Positions 27,062-32,000 of a stretch of DNA of 32,000 bases are shown in pieces. Position 1 is the stretch's first letter. Every line of letters starts with the position of its first letter. This DNA is from Promethearchaeum syntrophicum. Lineage in GTDB: Archaea; Asgardarchaeota; Lokiarchaeia; Sigyniarchaeales; Promethearchaeaceae. The stretch lies in the NCBI RefSeq assembly GCF_008000775.2, contig NZ_CP042905.2, positions 4,140,001 through 4,172,000 on the forward strand, read 5' to 3'. The translations under genes and the position numbers were made by a program. The notes below the pieces were generated by a model. It saw only the letters and a list, made by a program, of their open reading frames with translations, had not been told where the DNA came from and did no database searches.

Positions 27062-27147
27062 AATTCTACTAATATTGAGTTTTTTTTTAATTCTGCTTTT
27101 TATAATCCCCAATAAATCTTTATTTAGAATTATTATTTCTTTATATT

Positions 27148-27384
27148 ATGCAAGATAATCAAAATAAGCAAGATAATCTTTCAAATGAAGAAAAATTCAT
27201 TCTAAAGACAATTAAAGAATCGGGAGAAAATGGAAAATCGATTTCATATAAGAATTTGCAAGATCTTTGTGCGGATGAGTTCGAAGGAGTCAGATTAATT
27301 CTCAAGAAATTAAAAGGAAAGAATTTGGTAGATTTTGATGGAATAATTCCAGGTTTCTCGAGCGTTATAATATTGGTTAGTTAA
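27148..27384 (+). CDS. Small winged-helix-like protein
   Basis: 78 aa, FILKTIKESGENGKSISYKNLQDLCADEFEGVRLILKKLKGKNLVDFDGIIPGFSSVIIL. Confidence 0.5.
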   Translation: MQDNQNKQDNLSNEEKFILKTIKESGENGKSISYKNLQDLCADEFEGVRLILKKLKGKNLVDFDGIIPGFSSVIILVS

Positions 27385-27401
27385 GAAAAAAGAATTAGTA
27401 A

Positions 27402-27806
27402 TTAATTTACGATTGGTCTTCCGAATTCATCTGTAAAAGTTCCCCCTACAACAGCACAAATATCAATTAACCATCCAATTCCAAAGAGTCCTCCGGTACA
27501 GAGATAAAGGAAACCCATACCGATTTTACCCGCATAAAAATGATGCAAACCAAGATATCCTCCAAAGAACCAAAGAATAATTAATACTCCTTGTGATTTT
27601 GGTGAAACATCTGAATTAGGATAATTTTCATTTACATATCTTTGATTGTAATTTGATTGAGGTTGAGCATATACTGGTGGTGGCTGAGCATATACAGGCT
27701 GTGGCTGCTGAGGTGGTTCTATAGGAGTTCCACAACTTTCACAAAATTTACCATCTGATGTTATTGGAGCCCCACAATTTGGACAATATTTCGCTATTTT
27801 TATCAC
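27402..27806 (-). CDS. Zinc-ribbon plus TM2 domain membrane protein
   Basis: KYCPNCGAPITSDGKFCESCGTPI, Pro/Gln linker, then WFFGGYLGLHHFYAGKIGMGFLYLCTGGLFGIGWLIDI (TM2 pattern). Confidence 0.85.
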   Translation of the reverse strand: MIKIAKYCPNCGAPITSDGKFCESCGTPIEPPQQPQPVYAQPPPVYAQPQSNYNQRYVNENYPNSDVSPKSQGVLIILWFFGGYLGLHHFYAGKIGMGFLYLCTGGLFGIGWLIDICAVVGGTFTDEFGRPIVN

Positions 27807-27987
27807 CTAATTAGGTATATTTTACATGAGTTTTTTAATTTATTCTTAATAGGAATAAATCTAGTTTATCACGGGTTTTTTTGGGATTTTGTTTAAGATT
27901 TAAAATATTGTCGAAAGGTCTTTAAATCAAATAATTCAATAAATAATTATAATTTATTTGAGTTCTATCTCTCAATATGTGATAATC

Positions 27988-28338
27988 ATGGTTTCATTTA
28001 CAATATTTGTTGGTACCGGACCTTATACGACAGAACGGCCATATACGGCATTAAGATTTGCTTATACTGCATTATTAGACGAAAATACAGTGAAAATGTT
28101 TTTTTTTGAAGATGGAATATTTGCCTTGAAAAAAAATCAAAACCCCTCAGATATTTACAACCTTCAGGAATGGGTTCAAAATTGTTTTGAGGAAAAGGGC
28201 TTTGAAATTGCTGCTTGTGGTGTTTGTATGAAAGCCCGAGGAGTTGATCAAACGGAATTAATTGACGGGATACAAACAGGAACAATGGAAATGGCTGTTG
28301 AATGGACTAAACAAAGTGACAAGCAATTATTCTTTTAA
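27988..28338 (+). CDS. DsrE/DsrF-like sulfur-relay family protein
   Basis: VSFTIFVGTGPYTTERPYTALRFAYTAL...VKMFFFEDGIFALKK...EIAACGVCMKARGVDQTELIDGI; ATG 27988 preferred over upstream TTG 27958. Confidence 0.7.
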   Translation: MVSFTIFVGTGPYTTERPYTALRFAYTALLDENTVKMFFFEDGIFALKKNQNPSDIYNLQEWVQNCFEEKGFEIAACGVCMKARGVDQTELIDGIQTGTMEMAVEWTKQSDKQLFF

Positions 28339-28361
28339 TACTATTCATTGGAGCGCGAATA

Positions 28362-28586
28362 ATGGTTGATATAAAATTAGAAACATACAACAAGGTTTGT
28401 CCAATACCTGCAGCCATGACAAAAAAAGCGGCTATTAAGATGGAAAAGGGACAAACTATTCAAATAGAAGGCGATTTTTGTCCAGCGATTGAAAATGTTA
28501 TTCGAATGTTAGAAAAACATGGCTTAGAGATTACAGAAAAAGAGATAGCACCTGATTATTTTCGAGTCTGCGCTTTAAAAATGTAG
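28362..28586 (+). CDS. TusA-like sulfur carrier family protein
   Basis: 74 aa with CPIPAAMTKKAAIKMEKGQTIQIEGD (CPxP motif) directly downstream of the DsrE-like gene. Confidence 0.7.
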   Translation: MVDIKLETYNKVCPIPAAMTKKAAIKMEKGQTIQIEGDFCPAIENVIRMLEKHGLEITEKEIAPDYFRVCALKM

Positions 28587-28699
28587 AAAAGTTATTCTTT
28601 TTTTAATCAAATATATCAGATTTAAATATATGACTTTTGCCCGATTGCATTATATTATTAATAATTTTAATCAAATTGTAAAAAATAAGAGAAATATTG

Positions 28700-28798
28700 C
28701 GGGCCATGAGGGATTCGGACCCCCGACTTGCGGGTTTCTTCAAACATTTTTCAATATTTGTAAAAGCCCGACACGCTACCTGGCTGCGTCAATGGCCC
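28700..28798 (-). tRNA. tRNA-Lys(TTT) with 25-nt intron at canonical position 37/38
   Basis: Acceptor GGGCCAT/ATGGCCC, D stem ACGC/GCGT, anticodon loop CTTTTA^A, T arm GGGGG-TCCGAAT-CCCTC, discriminator G, no encoded CCA. Intron at plus 28736-28760 forms a BHB. Confidence 0.88.
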
Positions 28799-29058
28799 AT
28801 GGTTGATATTTTTTGTTTAACTCCATGAAAAATGCAATTTTAAAAATCATCAATTTCTTTTCAAAGATATTAAAGAGATACATGATTTAAGGGATTAAAC
28901 TAAGGAGTAGAGTTGTACATCTAATAAAAATTTTTGTATGGAATGGGAAGAAAAACTTTATTAGAGAGAATGTGTGGAATAACTGGTTATTAAATGATAC
29001 AATTCTCAAAAAATGCATGATGATTCTTACCAAGAAATTAAAATGAATAGGAACTGAT

Positions 29059-29697
29059 TTATAACACTGTGGTTAAAAAACTAATCCAAGTTCCTATGAG
29101 CAAAAACGCAATAAAATATTGAAAAAAATGATTTATTTTCACAAAACCATTTTTCAATGCTAATTTTGAATACTTTTTAATTGTTTCTTCTGGTAAAAAA
29201 ATCCCGGTATTCTTAAAAAATTCATGAAATCGGATCACAATACGTTTATTCCATTTAATGTATTGAACGATGAAATAAATAAAACCCACAGTTTCAGCTA
29301 TTATTAGAAATAGTCCTATAGCATAGATTGAGAATTTTTCAAGAATACCTGCAACGAAAAAAACAAGAAAAACTATTATCCCTTCTGTTATCAAAATTGG
29401 ATTAAATTTGTTGTAGTTATACTTATCTTTCCAGTCTATTGCACTATCACCGGCCATTTGTACAGCGATATAAGGAATTCCATGTTCGTAACTATTTGCA
29501 TGAATGCCGATTTTTAAAACATCATCCTGAATATCTAAATAGTGATCCAAATCATCATGTTCTATTGTTTCTTCGAAATCAGCAATTTTTGCTTTAGTAG
29601 GTTCTTTTTCACGAGTTTCATTTAATTTCACATCATAGAAAATTTTTAAGAGTTTATTTTCAGCTTCTTCTTTCGATAGCATATCAATCAAATCCAT
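29059..29697 (-). CDS. Tandem membrane protein family, copy 1
   Basis: LSKEEAENKLLKIFYDVKL...NSYEHGIPYIAVQMAGDSA..W, then TM segments and WNKRIVIRFHEFFKNTGIFLPEE. Confidence 0.8.
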   Translation of the reverse strand: MDLIDMLSKEEAENKLLKIFYDVKLNETREKEPTKAKIADFEETIEHDDLDHYLDIQDDVLKIGIHANSYEHGIPYIAVQMAGDSAIDWKDKYNYNKFNPILITEGIIVFLVFFVAGILEKFSIYAIGLFLIIAETVGFIYFIVQYIKWNKRIVIRFHEFFKNTGIFLPEETIKKYSKLALKNGFVKINHFFQYFIAFLLIGTWISFLTTVL

Positions 29698-29717
29698 TCA
29701 TTTTTGATCTATTCTCA

Positions 29718-30326
29718 CTAAGAAAAAATAATTCCCCAACTTATGAAGAGAATGAAAACAGTAAAACCATGTATAGCATTAATAATTACAAAAGCATCAA
29801 GGAAAAGTTTTTTTGCATAATATTTTATTCTTTCTTCCGCTAAAAATATACCAGTGTTTTTAAATAACTCCCGAAATCGTAATAAAACACGTTTTTTCCA
29901 ATTTATTTTTAGAATTATAAAATAAATTAGAATTCCTGTTCCAATTATATCTATAATAATTGCTCCTAAAAGGGAATAAGATTTAACAAGCATTGCAAGG
30001 ATAAAAGTAATAAATGGGAGGATTGTATGGAATAATATATAAAGTTTCAAATATTTGGAAAAAATATCCTCATTCCAGTGTAGAGCACTATCATGAGCCA
30101 TATTTACTGCAAAATATGGAATTCCATGTTCATAATTATTTGCCCACATGGCTATTACTAGCTCGTCATCCTTTACTTTATAAAAATGCTCTTCAGGATC
30201 CGGAATATTTGTTTCTTCAAACATATCAATATTTGCATGGGAAGGGCGTTTTTTCAAATATCGATCCAATTTTACATCATAATAGATTTTTAGCAGTTTT
30301 TCTTCTGCTTCTTCTTTAGATATCAT
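29718..30326 (-). CDS. Tandem membrane protein family, copy 2
   Basis: MISKEEAEEKLLKIYYDVKLDRYLKKRPSHANIDMFEET...NNYEHGIPYFAVNMAHDSA. Confidence 0.8.
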   Translation of the reverse strand: MISKEEAEEKLLKIYYDVKLDRYLKKRPSHANIDMFEETNIPDPEEHFYKVKDDELVIAMWANNYEHGIPYFAVNMAHDSALHWNEDIFSKYLKLYILFHTILPFITFILAMLVKSYSLLGAIIIDIIGTGILIYFIILKINWKKRVLLRFRELFKNTGIFLAEERIKYYAKKLFLDAFVIINAIHGFTVFILFISWGIIFS

Positions 30327-30328
30327 CT

Positions 30329-30943
30329 CTATGCTCCTTTACTGAATCCCATAACCCAGCTGATAACGAACAAAAAAATAACGAAACCTTGAAGTATAGT
30401 AATACCAATCAAATCAGAAAAACGTGATTTTGAATGTTTTTTTATTTCTTCTTCAGGTAAATTTATCCCTGTGTTTTCAAATAACTCTCTAAAACGAATT
30501 AAAACACGTTTTTTCCAGTTTATTTTTAATACTATGAAATAAATAATAATTCCTGTCCCCAGTATATTTAAGAGAATTGCTCCAATAAGTGAATAAAGCC
30601 TAATAAAACCTACCAAAGTCATAAAAATTAAGGGGATAATCAAATGAGAATTTATATAAAGTTTCATACGTTTTCGCAAAGAATCCTCACGCCAGTACTT
30701 TGCACTATCACAAGCCATAATTACAGCAAAAAAGGGAATTCCATGTTCATAGCTATTTGCAAACATTCCAATATTCAAAGTATCATCTTTAATACCAAAC
30801 CAATCATCTAAATCATCAGGATCTTTTGTTTCTTCGAAATCGACAATTTTCGCACTGGTAGGATATAAGTCAAAATAGCTATCCAATTTTACATCATAAA
30901 AAATTTTTAGCAGTTTTTCTTCTGCTTCCTCTTTTGATACCAT
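30329..30943 (-). CDS. Tandem membrane protein family, copy 3
   Basis: MVSKEEAEEKLLKIFYDVKLDSYFDLYPTSAKIVDFEET...NSYEHGIPFFAVIMACDSA. Confidence 0.8.
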   Translation of the reverse strand: MVSKEEAEEKLLKIFYDVKLDSYFDLYPTSAKIVDFEETKDPDDLDDWFGIKDDTLNIGMFANSYEHGIPFFAVIMACDSAKYWREDSLRKRMKLYINSHLIIPLIFMTLVGFIRLYSLIGAILLNILGTGIIIYFIVLKINWKKRVLIRFRELFENTGINLPEEEIKKHSKSRFSDLIGITILQGFVIFLFVISWVMGFSKGA

Positions 30944-30975
30944 GTAATCAGCTCGTTTGATTTTTATCTATATTT

Positions 30976-31581
30976 TTATGTGAATATTATTACCCAACTT
31001 AATAAGAGCAAGAAAAATGCAAAACATTGAATGGTATTAAAAGAAGAAAAATCATTGTATAGTCTTTTTGAATATTGTTTGAATTTTTCTTCGGAAATAC
31101 TTATACCGGTGTCATCAAAGAACTCTCTGTATCGGATTAAAACTCGTTTTTTCCAATTATTTTTTAACACAACGAAATAAATTATAACACCAGTTACTAT
31201 CAAGTTTATCAAAATTGCTCCAAAAAGTGATTTAGATTTAATAATATACCCTAAAAAAAAAAAGATTAAAGGTAACAGCATATGGGATATTGTATATATG
31301 ATTAAATATTTGGATAAAGGATCTCCACGCCAAGATTCTGCACTATCAATAGCCATATTAACTGCAAAAAAAGGAATCCCATGTTCATAGCTATTTGCCC
31401 ACATGGCTATTACTAATTCATCATCCTTTACCTTATAAAAATGCTCTAGATGATTAAGATCTTTCGTTTCTTCAAACATGTCAATATTTGCATGGGTAGG
31501 GGTTTTTTTCAAATAACGATCCAATTTTACATCATAAAAAATTTTTAACAGTTTTTCTTCTGCTTCTAATTTAGAAATCAT
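30976..31581 (-). CDS. Tandem membrane protein family, copy 4
   Basis: MISKLEAEEKLLKIFYDVKLDRYLKKTPTHANIDMFEET...NSYEHGIPFFAVNMAIDSA. Confidence 0.8.
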   Translation of the reverse strand: MISKLEAEEKLLKIFYDVKLDRYLKKTPTHANIDMFEETKDLNHLEHFYKVKDDELVIAMWANSYEHGIPFFAVNMAIDSAESWRGDPLSKYLIIYTISHMLLPLIFFFLGYIIKSKSLFGAILINLIVTGVIIYFVVLKNNWKKRVLIRYREFFDDTGISISEEKFKQYSKRLYNDFSSFNTIQCFAFFLLLLSWVIIFT

Positions 31582-31645
31582 CCTAATAAAAAATAATTAA
31601 GATGTTGGAATATATAAATCATAATAGTACTTGTTCCATATTGAT

Positions 31646-32000
31646 CTATACTCCATTACTGAATCCCAGAGCCAAGCTGATAATTAACAAACAAAAAATA
31701 ACGAACCCTTGAAGGATAGTAATCGCAATTATATCTGGGAAACGTGATTTTGAATATTTTTTTATTTTTTCTTCTGGTAAATAAATACCTGTGTTTCCAA
31801 ATAGTTCTCTAAATCGGATTAAAACACGTTTTTTCCATTTTATTTTCAATATAATGAAATAAATAATTATTCCAATTCCCAGTAAATTTATGAGAATTGC
31901 TCCAATACGAGAATAAAGACTAATAAAACCTACCAAGAATATAAGGATTATTGGAATAATCAAATGAGAATATGCATATAGTTTCATATGTTTAGCCAAA
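31646..32000 (-). CDS. Tandem membrane protein family, copy 5 (C-terminal part; N-terminus beyond window)
   Basis: Aligns from MKLYAYSHLIIPIILIFLVGF to the end with the C-terminal half of copy 3, so the listed ORF start is an edge artefact. Confidence 0.85.
   Translation of the reverse strand, partial: LAKHMKLYAYSHLIIPIILIFLVGFISLYSRIGAILINLLGIGIIIYFIILKIKWKKRVLIRFRELFGNTGIYLPEEKIKKYSKSRFPDIIAITILQGFVIFCLLIISLALGFSNGV

Noticed and set aside
27998-28285. Minus-strand 95-aa ORF over the DsrE-like gene
   Set aside because: Antisense to a protein with recognisable family motifs.
29018-29057. Possible C/D box sRNA (ATGATGA ... CTGA)
   Set aside because: No convincing C'/D' pair or flanking terminal stem; such short motifs are expected by chance in AT-rich DNA.

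Overview
This AT-rich window looks archaeal and, on gene content, probably Asgard (Lokiarchaeia-like). Supporting features are an Elf1-like zinc ribbon protein, an AN1 zinc finger fused to a rhomboid fold, a coiled-coil/polyproline/WH2-like small protein, a tRNA with a BHB intron, and an Lsm protein. The lineage is an inference. The most notable stretch is a compact same-strand cluster at about 1.79-10.65 kb. It holds eight genes, most of unknown function, including a dual zinc-ribbon protein, a single-domain AAA ATPase, a long coiled-coil protein without a visible Walker A, and a winged-helix-like protein with a (TTKKK)x13 basic tail. This is my best candidate for an undescribed multi-protein system. 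Downstream are galK, an Lsm gene, an orphan DNA methyltransferase-like gene, an AN1-rhomboid that appears to have lost both catalytic residues, and an FHA-M50 protease fusion. Further on are a family 5 substrate-binding protein with a Ca-binding-repeat stalk and C-terminal anchor, a surface protein with recently duplicated domains, AlaX plus a truncated duplicate of its 3' end, and an asymmetric ABC exporter pair. The window ends with a DsrE/TusA-like pair, an intron-containing tRNA-Lys(TTT), and a tandem array of at least five paralogous membrane proteins running off the right edge. All family assignments come from reading motifs by eye; no database search was run.
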